Part shown: positions 46,025 to 56,038 of the stretch, piece after piece
How positions within the stretch are numbered: the stretch's first letter is position 1
How the letters are laid out: each line of letters begins with the position of its first letter
Assembly: GCA_029861955.1 (NCBI GenBank)
Contig: JAOTYK010000007.1
Span: 60,938 to 124,937 of the forward strand
Direction of reading: 5' to 3'
Source of the DNA: Acidobacteriota bacterium
GTDB taxonomy: Bacteria > Acidobacteriota > Polarisedimenticolia > Polarisedimenticolales > Polarisedimenticolaceae
DNA: 64,000 nucleotides
Made by a program: the position numbers and the translations under genes
Notes under the pieces: generated by a model
What the model was told of the DNA's origin: nothing
Databases searched by the model: none
Seen by the model: only the letters and a program-made list of their open reading frames with translations

Positions 46025-47212
46025 ATGCGTCGATTGCTGAACCGAATGGCCACGTTGCCGACCCTCATCTGTGCCGTCCTGCTCTCGTTGGCATGCGGAG
46101 CGGCGCCCGACTGGGACGCGACCAACGAAGCCGCGAAGCTTGCGCACAGTGAGGGACGACTGGACGAGGCCCGCGAGGGTTTTGAAGAGGCCCTCGAGAT
46201 CGCCGCGGGGATGGAGGCCAATGACTCGCGTCGAGTGATCAGCCTCAACAACCTCGGCCAGTTCCTCAGAAGTCAGGATCGGTTGGACCTGGCGGTCCCG
46301 ATGTTCCAGCGCGCGGCCGAGTTGCGCGAAGCCGACCCGGACGTCGACCGCGTCGAATTGTCGGCGGACTTCGGCAATCTGGCAGGACACCTCCAACGTC
46401 TCGGTCGCCTGGACGAAGCGATGTCCTATTACGAGCGTGCGCTGGCGATTCAGCAAGATCCCGACGACGGCGATCCGACGCAGATGGGGACGACGCTCAA
46501 CAACATGGGGATGCTGGCCTACATGTCCAATCGGCTCGACGCTGCCGATGACTTCTATACGCGTGGCATGGCGTCTATGGAGGCGTCACTCCTTCTCGAT
46601 CATCCCGACGTCGCGACGGTCTCCAACAACCTGGGACAGCTGCGGATGGCCCAGGGTCAGATCGAGGAGGCGGAACAGTATTTCGAGCGCGCAATCCGAA
46701 TCTGGTCCACCAATCTTGGCCCCGATTCGGACACCGTCGCCCGCTGCCGCGGCAGTCGCGGCGAGGCCCTTCGGCGGCTGAAACGTTTCGACGAGGCTGA
46801 AGAGGAACATACCCGCGCTCTCCGGATCTTCGAGGCGCAGTCGGGGGCGGATCACCCGGATGTCGCATCCTCCCTCAACAGCATCGCGGTCCTGGCCCGC
46901 GTTACGGGACGCCCCGAGGAGGCGGAGAACAACTACCGGCGAGCGATCGAGATCCTCGAGAAGGCGACCCCCAACGGCAGCCCCGATCTTGGTGCCGCAC
47001 GCTTCAATCTTGCGCGACTTCTTCAGGAGCGGGGCAAGAGTAGCGACGCGATGATCCTGTTCGAACAGGCGATGATCACGCTGGAGTCCACGCTCGGGCC
47101 GGAGCATCCAAACCTGATCATCGTCTACACCACCTATGCCGACATGCTCGTCGACGCGGGCCAGAACGAACGCGCCGCGACCCTGCGTCAGCGAGCCGAG
47201 TCACTCCGCTGA
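46025..47212 (+). CDS. TPR-repeat lipoprotein
   Basis: Lipobox VLLSLAC|G, then about 42-aa TPR repeats of the NNLG type (LNNLGQFL, LNNMGMLAY, SNNLGQLRM). The track ORF start at 45425 is an antisense extension into mgtE. Confidence 0.8.
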   Translation: MRRLLNRMATLPTLICAVLLSLACGAAPDWDATNEAAKLAHSEGRLDEAREGFEEALEIAAGMEANDSRRVISLNNLGQFLRSQDRLDLAVPMFQRAAELREADPDVDRVELSADFGNLAGHLQRLGRLDEAMSYYERALAIQQDPDDGDPTQMGTTLNNMGMLAYMSNRLDAADDFYTRGMASMEASLLLDHPDVATVSNNLGQLRMAQGQIEEAEQYFERAIRIWSTNLGPDSDTVARCRGSRGEALRRLKRFDEAEEEHTRALRIFEAQSGADHPDVASSLNSIAVLARVTGRPEEAENNYRRAIEILEKATPNGSPDLGAARFNLARLLQERGKSSDAMILFEQAMITLESTLGPEHPNLIIVYTTYADMLVDAGQNERAATLRQRAESLR

Positions 47213-47214
47213 CC

Positions 47215-48186
47215 GTGGCCAGTCGCGTCGAGCTGGGATTTCGCGACGCGGCCGATCGTTGGCTGCCACGGCAAACTCATCTGCTGGCCGCCGTCTCCGG
47301 CGGCGCAGATTCTGTGGCGCTCGCCCACCTTCTTCAGCGCTTCGCACGGCGTCGCGAATGGACCGTCACGATCGCTCACCTGGACCATGGCCTTCGCCGA
47401 GGATCGGCGACGGATCGAAGGTTCGTCAAGCGACTCGCAAACGAACTGGAATTCGAGTGCGTTTCGACGCGACGGGATGTCGGCGCGCTCCGAAGACGTG
47501 ACGAGTCACTAGAGGAAGCGGCCCGACGCGTTCGACGCGAATTCCTCATGGAAACGGTGGATGAGATCGGTGCGGACTCCGTCGTCACCGCCCATCATCG
47601 TGATGACCAGGCAGAGACCGTTCTGATGCGTCTCCTCCGCGGAGTCGGCCCCTCATCGTTGCGCGGGATCGACCCCGAGGGGCCCGGCCCATTCGTCCGT
47701 CCCCTCCTTCAACTGGAGCGAAACCAACTTCGCACCTGGTTGACACGGAACGGGTGGACATGGCGCGAAGACGCCAGCAACCGAGATCTCCGTTTCGATC
47801 GCAACCGCGTACGTCGTCAGTTGATGCCACTCCTCGAGTCGTCCTACAACGCCCAGGCGGCAGACCATCTCGTGCGGACCGCCGAACAACTACGCACCGA
47901 CTCCGCCTACCTCGACCGCCTGGCGACGCGTGCCTATCGACGGATCGGTAGTGCGCTCAGCCTCGATGCGACCGCTCTCGCCCGTCAGGATCCTGCAGTC
48001 GCCAGCCGGGTTGCGATCCTCGCACTACGAGACGCGGGAATGGATCCGCGACGGATTACCTCGCGACACGTCGTTTCGCTGCTCGACCTCGCTCAGGGCT
48101 GTGGAGGACGATCCGCGGACCTTCCCGGCCGAATTCGAGCGGTCAGACGTGGCGATCGAATTCGGATCGCACGACGCCGCGAGTAG
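47215..48186 (+). CDS. tilS: tRNA(Ile)-lysidine synthase
   Basis: PP-loop LAAVSGGADSVAL, HLDHGLR and TAHHRDDQAETVLMRLLRG. It sits in the conserved tilS-hpt-ftsH synteny. Confidence 0.9.
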   Translation: MASRVELGFRDAADRWLPRQTHLLAAVSGGADSVALAHLLQRFARRREWTVTIAHLDHGLRRGSATDRRFVKRLANELEFECVSTRRDVGALRRRDESLEEAARRVRREFLMETVDEIGADSVVTAHHRDDQAETVLMRLLRGVGPSSLRGIDPEGPGPFVRPLLQLERNQLRTWLTRNGWTWREDASNRDLRFDRNRVRRQLMPLLESSYNAQAADHLVRTAEQLRTDSAYLDRLATRAYRRIGSALSLDATALARQDPAVASRVAILALRDAGMDPRRITSRHVVSLLDLAQGCGGRSADLPGRIRAVRRGDRIRIARRRE

Positions 48187-48212
48187 TCCGGCGGGTTTGC
48201 TAAGCTGACCTG

Positions 48213-48731
48213 ATGCGACTCTCAAGCGAGATCCTCTACAGCGAGGAGAAGATCCGGCAGCGTGTCGAGGCGATGTCGTTGGCCATCGCCGCGGACACCC
48301 CGGAGGGTGACGGCCTCTCCGTCATCGCTCTGATGGACGGTGCATTCATGTTCTGCACGGACCTGGTCCGACGGCTACCGATGCCGGTCCATCTGGCGTT
48401 TCCGAAGGTCGTCTCGGTGGCCCGTGGGGGGGACCCGACCGGCATCGAACTCCCCGAGGAGTTCCCGGTGACGGGAGCCGATGTCCTGGTCGTCGAGGAC
48501 ATCCTGGATACCGGCCAGACCCTCGAGGCCCTGACCCGGGCCCTGGCCGCCCGTCGCCCGGGACGATTACGACTCGCCGTCCTGCTGGACAAGCCGGCTC
48601 GACGGCGCAGCGCGATCCGGGCGGACTATGTCGGTTTCGCCTCTCCGGACCGCTGGGTTGTCGGCTATGGATTGGATTTTGAGGGTCTTTACCGAAATCT
48701 TCCCTACATTTCATACGTTGAACCTAGATAG
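48213..48731 (+). CDS. hpt: hypoxanthine phosphoribosyltransferase
   Basis: PRPP motif VLVVEDILDTGQTL and GYGLDFEGLYRNLPYI. 172 aa. Confidence 0.93.
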   Translation: MRLSSEILYSEEKIRQRVEAMSLAIAADTPEGDGLSVIALMDGAFMFCTDLVRRLPMPVHLAFPKVVSVARGGDPTGIELPEEFPVTGADVLVVEDILDTGQTLEALTRALAARRPGRLRLAVLLDKPARRRSAIRADYVGFASPDRWVVGYGLDFEGLYRNLPYISYVEPR

Positions 48732-48837
48732 AGACGGCTGGCCCGTTTCTCAGGATCGCGTAGAATGGCCTTTCGAGGGCAAGTGGCTCTATATATGGCT
48801 GTGAACCGCTGCGGCGGCGCAGAAGAGGAAGCGTGAC

Positions 48838-50796
48838 GTGAGTTCTCACCTGAGATCGATCATGATCTGGGCCGCGATTATCGCGGTGGCCTTCATCGGC
48901 TACCGACTATTCGAAGCGAAATCCGTCTCCAGCCAGCCGATGGACGAGTCCGACTTCTATCTCGCCGTCGCCGACGGCGAGATCCACGAAGTTCGAGTCA
49001 CCGGCGACCAGTTCGGCTACGAGATCGAAGGCAAGTTCGCCAAGCCGCGGATCTCCCGCAGCGGTCGCGAGATCAAGTCTTTCAAGACCTACGTCGTCAA
49101 GGACGAGTCCCTGATGAGCGACCTCCGCGAGCGGGGCGTCGCCATCCAGGCCGAGCCACCGGCCAACACCGGTGTCTTTACCAGCCTCCTGATGTGGCTG
49201 CCGATGCTTCTGTTCCTGGGCGTCTGGATCTTCTTCATGCGTCAAATGCAGTCCGGTGGCAATCGTGCCCTCTCGTTCGGCAAGTCACGCGCCAAGCTAA
49301 CCTCGGCCCAGGGCCGAAAGGTCACGTTCAAGGATGTGGCGGGCGTCGAGGAGGCCAAGGAAGAACTCGCCGAGATCATCGAGTTCCTCAAGGAACCCCA
49401 GAAGTTCCAACGACTGGGTGGCAAGATCCCGAAGGGCGTCCTGCTGATGGGGCCTCCCGGGACCGGCAAGACCCTGCTGGCCAAAGCCATCGCCGGCGAG
49501 GCCAACGTTCCGTTCTTCTCGATCTCCGGTTCGGATTTCGTCGAGATGTTCGTCGGTGTCGGGGCGTCCCGCGTCCGGGATCTCTTCGACCAGGGCAAGA
49601 AGAACGCTCCCTGCATCGTCTTCATCGATGAGATCGATGCGGTCGGGCGTCATCGTGGTGCCGGTCTCGGCGGCGGGCACGATGAGCGTGAACAGACGCT
49701 CAATCAGTTGCTGGTCGAGATGGACGGCTTCGAGACCAACGAAGGCGTGATCCTGATTGCCGCCACCAACCGACCCGATGTGCTGGATCCGGCATTGCTG
49801 CGACCCGGCCGATTCGATCGTCAGGTGGTCGTAGGGCTCCCCGATGTCCGCGGCCGTGAAGAGATCATCAAGGTCCACACTCGCAAGATCCCGCTGGCGA
49901 AGGACGTCGACGCGCGGATCGTCGCCCGAGGTACCCCGGGATTCAGCGGTGCCGACCTGGCCAACCTCGTCAACGAGGCGGCACTGTTTGCCGCCCGCCG
50001 CAATCGCAAGGCGGTCGACCAGGAAGACTTCGAGATCGCCAAGGATCGGGTCATGATGGGCGCCGAGCGCCGATCGATGGTGCTGACCGATGAAGAAAAA
50101 CGTGCCACCGCGATCCACGAGGCCGGTCATGCCATCGTGGCCCACTTCGTTCCGGAAGCGGACCCGCTCCACAAGGTGACGATCATCCCCCGTGGACGCG
50201 CACTGGGTCTGACGATGCAGTTGCCCGAGGATGACCGGCACACCTACTCCAAGCGCTATCTCGACTCGACCATCGCCGTCCTCATGGGTGGCCGCGTGGC
50301 CGAAGAACTATTGCTGGATCAGTTGACGACCGGCGCCGGTAACGACTTCGAACGTGCCACCAGTACGGCTCGACGGATGGTGACCGAGTGGGGCATGTCG
50401 GATCGTCTCGGACCGTTGACCTTCGGCGCCAAGGAGGAACAGATCTTCCTGGGCCGCGAGATCAGTCAGCACCGTGACTACAGCGAAGAGACCGCAATCC
50501 AGATCGACAACGAGGTCAAACGGATCATCACCCACGGCTACAACACGGCCCACAAGATCATCGACGATCGTCGTGACGCGTTGATGCGGATCACCGACGC
50601 GCTCCTGGAGCGCGAGGTCCTCAACGCGGTAGAGCTGAAGGCCCTGGTCGAAGGGCGCCCTCTACCGGAGATCGAGCTCCCTGTAGACGATGACGAACCG
50701 GTCGTCGCGCCGGACACCTCGCCGGAAACGGCGAACGATACCCAGTCCGATACGGGTCCCGGTGTCCTGCCGGAACCGGGGAACCAGCCGGCCTGA
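48838..50796 (+). CDS. ftsH: ATP-dependent zinc metalloprotease FtsH
   Basis: Two N-terminal TM segments, AAA+ motifs [11 protein letters not shown] and IVFIDEIDA, the SRH, and the zinc site HEAGHAIV. Confidence 0.97.
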   Translation: MSSHLRSIMIWAAIIAVAFIGYRLFEAKSVSSQPMDESDFYLAVADGEIHEVRVTGDQFGYEIEGKFAKPRISRSGREIKSFKTYVVKDESLMSDLRERGVAIQAEPPANTGVFTSLLMWLPMLLFLGVWIFFMRQMQSGGNRALSFGKSRAKLTSAQGRKVTFKDVAGVEEAKEELAEIIEFLKEPQKFQRLGGKIPKGVLLMGPPGTGKTLLAKAIAGEANVPFFSISGSDFVEMFVGVGASRVRDLFDQGKKNAPCIVFIDEIDAVGRHRGAGLGGGHDEREQTLNQLLVEMDGFETNEGVILIAATNRPDVLDPALLRPGRFDRQVVVGLPDVRGREEIIKVHTRKIPLAKDVDARIVARGTPGFSGADLANLVNEAALFAARRNRKAVDQEDFEIAKDRVMMGAERRSMVLTDEEKRATAIHEAGHAIVAHFVPEADPLHKVTIIPRGRALGLTMQLPEDDRHTYSKRYLDSTIAVLMGGRVAEELLLDQLTTGAGNDFERATSTARRMVTEWGMSDRLGPLTFGAKEEQIFLGREISQHRDYSEETAIQIDNEVKRIITHGYNTAHKIIDDRRDALMRITDALLEREVLNAVELKALVEGRPLPEIELPVDDDEPVVAPDTSPETANDTQSDTGPGVLPEPGNQPA

Positions 50797-50800
50797 CCCC

Positions 50801-51649
50801 GTGTCCGGGACCACGCACCATCTTCTCCGTTTCGCGGATGGGGGTGCGTTGGAGTTGGGTCCGCGCTCGCGGGTGATGGGGATTGTAAACGTCACCCCCG
50901 ACTCGTTTTCCGACGGTGGGCGCTTCGACTCCGTCCAACAGGTAGTCGACACCGCGAGCCGGATGGTGCAGGCCGGCGCCGACCTCCTCGACATCGGCGG
51001 CGAGAGTACTCGACCGGGGGCCACTCCCGTCGAAGCCACCCAGGAATCCGATCGGGTTCTACCGATCATCGAATCCCTCACCCGGGACGTGGACGTCCGA
51101 CTGTCCATCGACACCCGACGGGCGGACGTCGCGCGTCAGGCACTCGATGCCGGTGCCGCGATCGTCAATGACGTCAGTTCCCTGGCGGATCCCGGGATGC
51201 TGCCACTGATCGTCGATCGTCGCGTCCCCGTCGTCTTGATGCACATGCGCGGCAAACCGGAGACCATGCAACGTTCGACCCACTACGACGATGTCGTCGG
51301 CGAGGTCACCGATTATCTTCGCGAACGCGTCGCATACGCTGTCGCAGGTGGAGTATCGAGTGATAAGATCGTTGTCGATCCGGGAATCGGATTCGGGAAG
51401 GGCCTCGCAGGCAACCTAGAGGTCCTTCGCCAGCTCACGTCGTTGCGGGAACTGGGACATCCGATCCTGATCGGCGCTTCACGAAAAGCGTTTATCGGCG
51501 AGATCCTCGACACGCCGGTTACGGAGAGGCTGGTCGGAAGTCTTGCCGTAGCGGTCTGGGCGGCGACTCACGGCGCACACATCGTGCGGGCCCACGACGT
51601 GGCAGAGACCGTAAGGGCTCTGCGGGTGATCGACGCGCTACGTGGCTGA
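50801..51649 (+). CDS. folP: dihydropteroate synthase
   Basis: MGIVNVTPDSFSDGG, DIGGESTRPG and NDVS motifs. In-frame GTG 50801 lies just after the ftsH stop. The track start at 50690 lies inside ftsH. Confidence 0.92.
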   Translation: MSGTTHHLLRFADGGALELGPRSRVMGIVNVTPDSFSDGGRFDSVQQVVDTASRMVQAGADLLDIGGESTRPGATPVEATQESDRVLPIIESLTRDVDVRLSIDTRRADVARQALDAGAAIVNDVSSLADPGMLPLIVDRRVPVVLMHMRGKPETMQRSTHYDDVVGEVTDYLRERVAYAVAGGVSSDKIVVDPGIGFGKGLAGNLEVLRQLTSLRELGHPILIGASRKAFIGEILDTPVTERLVGSLAVAVWAATHGAHIVRAHDVAETVRALRVIDALRG

Positions 51650-51661
51650 GGTTCAGAAACG

Positions 51662-52471
51662 ATGATCGAACGGCTCAACATGGCGCTGCAACCGCAGGGC
51701 TTCAGCCTGTGGGCATTCGTCGACATCCTGCTGCTGGCCGTCATCATTTACCAACTGCTCTTGCTGGTTCGCGGGACTCGCAGCTTCCACATGTTGGTGG
51801 CGCTGGTGGTTCTGCTGCTGGCCTACCTGGTGACCAGCCCCGAACTGATCCCCCTGGCGGCCCTCCACACGGTCCTGGGGAACGTGCTGCTGTTCATCCC
51901 GATCGCCGTCATCGTCCTGTTTCAGGGGCAGATCCGGCAGGCACTGGCCAACCTGGGCAAGAATCCCCTGTCGGCCTTGCTCCCGTTGCGCTTCGACTCC
52001 AACGTGATCCAGGAGATCTCGCTGGCCGCAGCCTCCCTCGGCAGCCAAAGACTGGGCGCGCTGATCGTCATCGAGCGACACATGGGATTGAAGACCTTCC
52101 AGGAGACCGGCATCCAACTGGACGCCGTGGTCTCCTACGATCTGTTGATGAATATCTTCACCCGCCGATCACCGCTCCATGACGGGGCCGTGATCATCGA
52201 GAAGACCCGAATCAAGGCCGCGTCGTGTTACCTGCCGGTGACCACCAACCCGCAACTCTCTCGAACCTACGGCACACGTCATCGCGCGGCGTTCGGCATC
52301 ACCGAAGAGTCCGATGCCCTGGCGATCGTCGTCTCCGAGGAACGAGGTGTCGTCTCGTTGCTGGCCGACGGTCGGATGATCGAGGGTCTTGACGCTCGAT
52401 CCCTGGAGAGCGAGCTCCGCGGCCGTCTCGGTGCCGGTGGCTCCGGCGAGGAGAGCCTCCGCTATGCCTGA
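51662..52471 (+). CDS. cdaA: diadenylate cyclase CdaA (membrane-anchored DAC domain)
   Basis: Three N-terminal TM helices, then DAC motifs GALIVIER, SPLHDGAVII and GTRHRAAFGITEESDALAIVVSEERG. Confidence 0.9.
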   Translation: MIERLNMALQPQGFSLWAFVDILLLAVIIYQLLLLVRGTRSFHMLVALVVLLLAYLVTSPELIPLAALHTVLGNVLLFIPIAVIVLFQGQIRQALANLGKNPLSALLPLRFDSNVIQEISLAAASLGSQRLGALIVIERHMGLKTFQETGIQLDAVVSYDLLMNIFTRRSPLHDGAVIIEKTRIKAASCYLPVTTNPQLSRTYGTRHRAAFGITEESDALAIVVSEERGVVSLLADGRMIEGLDARSLESELRGRLGAGGSGEESLRYA

Positions 52472-53408
52472 GGGAGTCACCGCCAACTGGCCCCTCAAGC
52501 TGTTGGCACTGGCGTTGGCCATCGGAATCTGGGCCTGGGTCAGCGGCGAGGCGCGGATGGTTCGGCAGTTCGATGTCCCGCTGGACGTGGTCGTCAACGC
52601 CGATCATGTCCTGGGAACCCCGCCACCAAGCACGATCCTGGTCCGTCTCAGTGGCCCCGAGACGATGATGCGACGACTCGGGCCTGCGATGTCCATGGCT
52701 CTGGATCTCACGGGTGCCGACATCGGTCGCCAGGAGATCCTGCTGGTCCCCGATGACCTCGTCGGCGCCCCCAGCGGCGCGCTGGTGGAGCTGATCGAAC
52801 CCGGACGGCTGACGGTGGTGCTCGAACCGCGGGCCGAGGCCGAGCTTCCCATCGAGCCGACCTTCCTCGGACAACCTCCGGAGGGTTTTGCGTTCTACGG
52901 TGCGACCGTTCGACCGGATCGAGTCACCGTCGAGGGGCCCGACGTTCTGGTGTCGGTGATGGCCTCCGTGCCCACCTCGCCGATCCGGCTGGATCGTCAC
53001 GAGTCGTCCTTCGAGGTGATTGCCCGTGTACTCCCGGATCAGTCGACCGTTCATTCGCTCAATCCGCGACCGGTGCAGGTCAGTGTCGAGATTGACGCCG
53101 CTCCCATCGAGCGCTCGTTCGGCGGCATCCCGGTCCGGATCCGAGGGGGCAACAACCTCTACCGTCTGCAGAACAGCCGGGCCAACGTCACCGTCAGCGG
53201 CCCACCGAGCGTGATCGATCTACTGGACCGCGATCAGATCGTGTTGTATGTCCAGCCGTCCGACGGGGTACCGACAACCGGTTCGGTCGCCCTCCCCATC
53301 GAGGTCGAGTGGTTGCTCGACGAGGAGCAAGGGGCCAACCGCCTGTCGGTCAAGAAACTTCAGCCTCGAGAAGCGACCCTCCTTCTCAAGGGAGAGACCC
53401 AGATTTGA
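52464..53408 (+). CDS. cdaR: YbbR-domain protein (CdaR-like regulator of CdaA)
   Basis: N-terminal anchor WPLKLLALALAIGIWAWV, then repeated YbbR-like beta segments (V.V.L.G......V.P..V.V.G). It lies between cdaA and glmM, as in the known operon, and overlaps cdaA by 8 nt. Confidence 0.78.
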   Translation: MPEGVTANWPLKLLALALAIGIWAWVSGEARMVRQFDVPLDVVVNADHVLGTPPPSTILVRLSGPETMMRRLGPAMSMALDLTGADIGRQEILLVPDDLVGAPSGALVELIEPGRLTVVLEPRAEAELPIEPTFLGQPPEGFAFYGATVRPDRVTVEGPDVLVSVMASVPTSPIRLDRHESSFEVIARVLPDQSTVHSLNPRPVQVSVEIDAAPIERSFGGIPVRIRGGNNLYRLQNSRANVTVSGPPSVIDLLDRDQIVLYVQPSDGVPTTGSVALPIEVEWLLDEEQGANRLSVKKLQPREATLLLKGETQI

Positions 53409-54748
53409 AACGACTGTTCGGGACCGACGGCATCCGTGGGGTGGCCGGCGAGTACCCTCTTGACCCTTCCACCGTTCGCCAGTTCGGTGTGGCGCTAGGC
53501 GAGGCCCTGCGCGAATCCGGCAAGGGTGACGCCGGGGTTCTCCTCGGCCGTGACACCCGTGAGTCGGGGACTTGGATCCGTGACGCGGTCGCCGCCGGCC
53601 TACGCACCCACGACATCACCGTTCGCGACGCCGGCGTGATCTCGACACCGGGGCTGGCCTGGGGCATCCGCCGGGGATCGTACGACGCGGGCGTGATGAT
53701 CTCCGCAAGTCACAACCCGTTCCTCGACAACGGCCTGAAGGTCTTCGGCGGCAGCGGGTTCAAGCTCAGCGACAAGCTGGAAGCCGAGATCGAACGGAAG
53801 ATCCTCGATCATGGCTGTGACGATCCCGGTGAGGACGTCGTACCCGTAGAGAACGATCCGGGCACGACCGGTCCTTACACGGAGTGGCTGCAGGCGTTGC
53901 TCGCCGGCGGACGATTCGCGGGACTGAAGCTTGTGCTGGACTGTGCAAACGGTTCCGCGGCCGCCATCGCGCCCCAGGTCTTCCGTCACTACGGGGCCGA
54001 GGTCCACACACTCGGGACCGAACCCGACGGGAAGAACATCAACCTCGACTGTGGATCGCTCCATCTCGACACGTTAGGCGAGACGGTCAAGAGCCGTGGT
54101 GCCGACCTGGGTCTCGCGTTCGATGGCGATGCCGATCGCTGTCTTGCCGTGGATGCCCGCGGTCGGACCATCGACGGCGACATGATCCTCTACCTCATCG
54201 CCCGCAGCCTGAAACGTCGCGACCAACTCCCCGGCAACGCCGTGGTCGCGACAATCATGAGCAACTACTGGCTCGAGGATACGCTGGGCAAGGAGGGCAT
54301 GACCCTCGAACGCACGGCCGTCGGCGACAAGTACGTCCTCGAACGGATGCTCGAGAATCAGGTCGCCCTGGGCGGCGAGCAGTCCGGTCACGTCATCGCC
54401 CGGGAACACGCGACCACCGGGGACGGCATCCTGACGGCCGTCATGCTGGTCGACACGCTCCTGGACGAGCCGGAGACGACGGTCGAGATCCTCGATCGGA
54501 TCCAACCCTACCCACAGCTCTTGAAGAACGTCCGGGTGCGTGAAAAGCCCGATCTTCGCATGCACCCCGTGATCGGCCCGGTGGTCCAGGAAGTCGAATC
54601 TGCGCTTGAGGGGCAGGGACGCGTCGTTCTGCGATATTCTGGAACCGAACCGGTGGCCCGTGTCATGGTGGAGGGTCGCGACTCGGGACTGGTATCCCGA
54701 CAGGTCGACGTCCTCGTCACCCTGATAGAACGCGAGCTGGGAGCCTGA
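53405..54748 (+). CDS. glmM: phosphoglucosamine mutase
   Basis: LFGTDGIRG, active-site ISASHNPFLDNG, FDGDADR and GGEQSGH. TTG 53405 overlaps the cdaR stop (TTGA). The track ORF extends to 53309. Confidence 0.94.
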   Translation: MKRLFGTDGIRGVAGEYPLDPSTVRQFGVALGEALRESGKGDAGVLLGRDTRESGTWIRDAVAAGLRTHDITVRDAGVISTPGLAWGIRRGSYDAGVMISASHNPFLDNGLKVFGGSGFKLSDKLEAEIERKILDHGCDDPGEDVVPVENDPGTTGPYTEWLQALLAGGRFAGLKLVLDCANGSAAAIAPQVFRHYGAEVHTLGTEPDGKNINLDCGSLHLDTLGETVKSRGADLGLAFDGDADRCLAVDARGRTIDGDMILYLIARSLKRRDQLPGNAVVATIMSNYWLEDTLGKEGMTLERTAVGDKYVLERMLENQVALGGEQSGHVIAREHATTGDGILTAVMLVDTLLDEPETTVEILDRIQPYPQLLKNVRVREKPDLRMHPVIGPVVQEVESALEGQGRVVLRYSGTEPVARVMVEGRDSGLVSRQVDVLVTLIERELGA

Positions 54749-54749
54749 A

Positions 54750-55985
54750 TTGAAGTACCTCGGGGCGGACATTTCTCGCCCCGTCGCCGACGGAGGCACG
54801 ACACCTCACACCGTCGTGTCGCTGAACGACGACGGACGGCAGTCCAGGGTGGATCATGTCGCCACCCTCCCCGCCGTCGCGTCTGCCGTCGGGTCGCTTG
54901 TCGGGGAAGAGCCGTTCCTCCTTGGCGTCAACCTGGCGATCGTCGTTCCGACCCGCGCCGCTCGAACCCGAGCGGTAGAGAACGTCATTCGCAAACGGTT
55001 CGGCGTCCGACTGCCGGCGGGCGGACGTTCTTCGCAGACCGGCGGCGTTGCCGGCGAGTCGCTGCTTGCCGGCATGGCGACCGCTGGTCGACCCTGTCTG
55101 CCCTACCCCGATCGAGACCGGCGTCAGGGAAGTCTCGCCGAGTCGTATCCCGAACTGATCCTCAAGTGTCTGATGTGGGAGATCGAACCCCTCGCCGAGG
55201 GTCGCCCGCATGCCGATCGCGAGGCCTGCTTTCGCGCGCTCACTCCCCCGGCGTATCGTCGACGCCAACTCTCCGCGCGGACCAGCTGGACCGAGCACGC
55301 GGTGATCCTGGAACAGCTCCTTCGTCGCGTACGACCGGTGCTGCCCACAGACGGCGTGGATCTATTCGACACTTTACGTTCCGCCGACGACGCCGACAGC
55401 GTCGAACGGGTGGCGGCGATCTTCGATGCGACGTTGTTGGCGCTGACCGCCCGTCGCTACGTCGAGGCGCCGGAGACCTGTCTGTTCCTGGGTGATCGCG
55501 AGTCGGGGTACACCATCGTTCCGGCAGACCCGTTGATCCGCGGTCTCGGTGTCAGCGAGCGACGCCCACGGGTCGACGCGCTGTTCCCGCAGGCTTCATT
55601 ACGAGAGCGGCTGGGGCGCACGGCTCGCGTCCGCTCGATGGATCTCCTGGATGTGCCGGGCCGACCGCATCGTCTCGAAGCGACCTTCTCCGAGACCCCG
55701 GCCTACGAGTTCGACAATCTGGACGAGATGGTGTGGTGGAAACATTGCCGCCATCTCACGGGCCCGATACTCCCCACCGAGGGACTGAGCGAGCTCTCCG
55801 TCGCGCTGGGCAAGCCCGACGGCGACGATAAACCGGTGCTGCGTCTCGTCCGCAGTCGTCACCGGACCCTCTCGTTTCGATTCGAACCGCCCGGTCAATG
55901 GCGTCATCGTGTCCCGACCCGAGATGGGGGCACCTACCCGTTCACCATCCTGCGGGCCGTCTACGAGACCCTCCCTGCGGAATGA
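54750..55985 (+). CDS. hypothetical protein (possible RNase-H-fold/DUF429-like N-half; weak)
   Basis: A 411-aa ORF with a TTG start 1 nt after the glmM stop and coding-like composition. The N-terminal YLGADIS..., a later AESYPELILKCLMWE and an Arg-rich region only loosely resemble DUF429. Confidence 0.55.
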   Translation: MKYLGADISRPVADGGTTPHTVVSLNDDGRQSRVDHVATLPAVASAVGSLVGEEPFLLGVNLAIVVPTRAARTRAVENVIRKRFGVRLPAGGRSSQTGGVAGESLLAGMATAGRPCLPYPDRDRRQGSLAESYPELILKCLMWEIEPLAEGRPHADREACFRALTPPAYRRRQLSARTSWTEHAVILEQLLRRVRPVLPTDGVDLFDTLRSADDADSVERVAAIFDATLLALTARRYVEAPETCLFLGDRESGYTIVPADPLIRGLGVSERRPRVDALFPQASLRERLGRTARVRSMDLLDVPGRPHRLEATFSETPAYEFDNLDEMVWWKHCRHLTGPILPTEGLSELSVALGKPDGDDKPVLRLVRSRHRTLSFRFEPPGQWRHRVPTRDGGTYPFTILRAVYETLPAE

Positions 55986-56038
55986 AATAATTGGGGCTAG
56001 ACTTCTTGTTGTTCTGGCCAACCGGTGGAGAGCGTCTG

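Noticed and set aside
48731-48749. A hairpin GAGACGG-CTGGC-CCGTTTC after hpt as a possible terminator.
   Set aside because: It has only 7 bp with a G-U pair and no following T tract. ftsH follows on the same strand in a conserved synteny, so it is too weak to call.
49297-50241. A 314-aa minus-strand ORF.
   Set aside because: It is antisense to ftsH.
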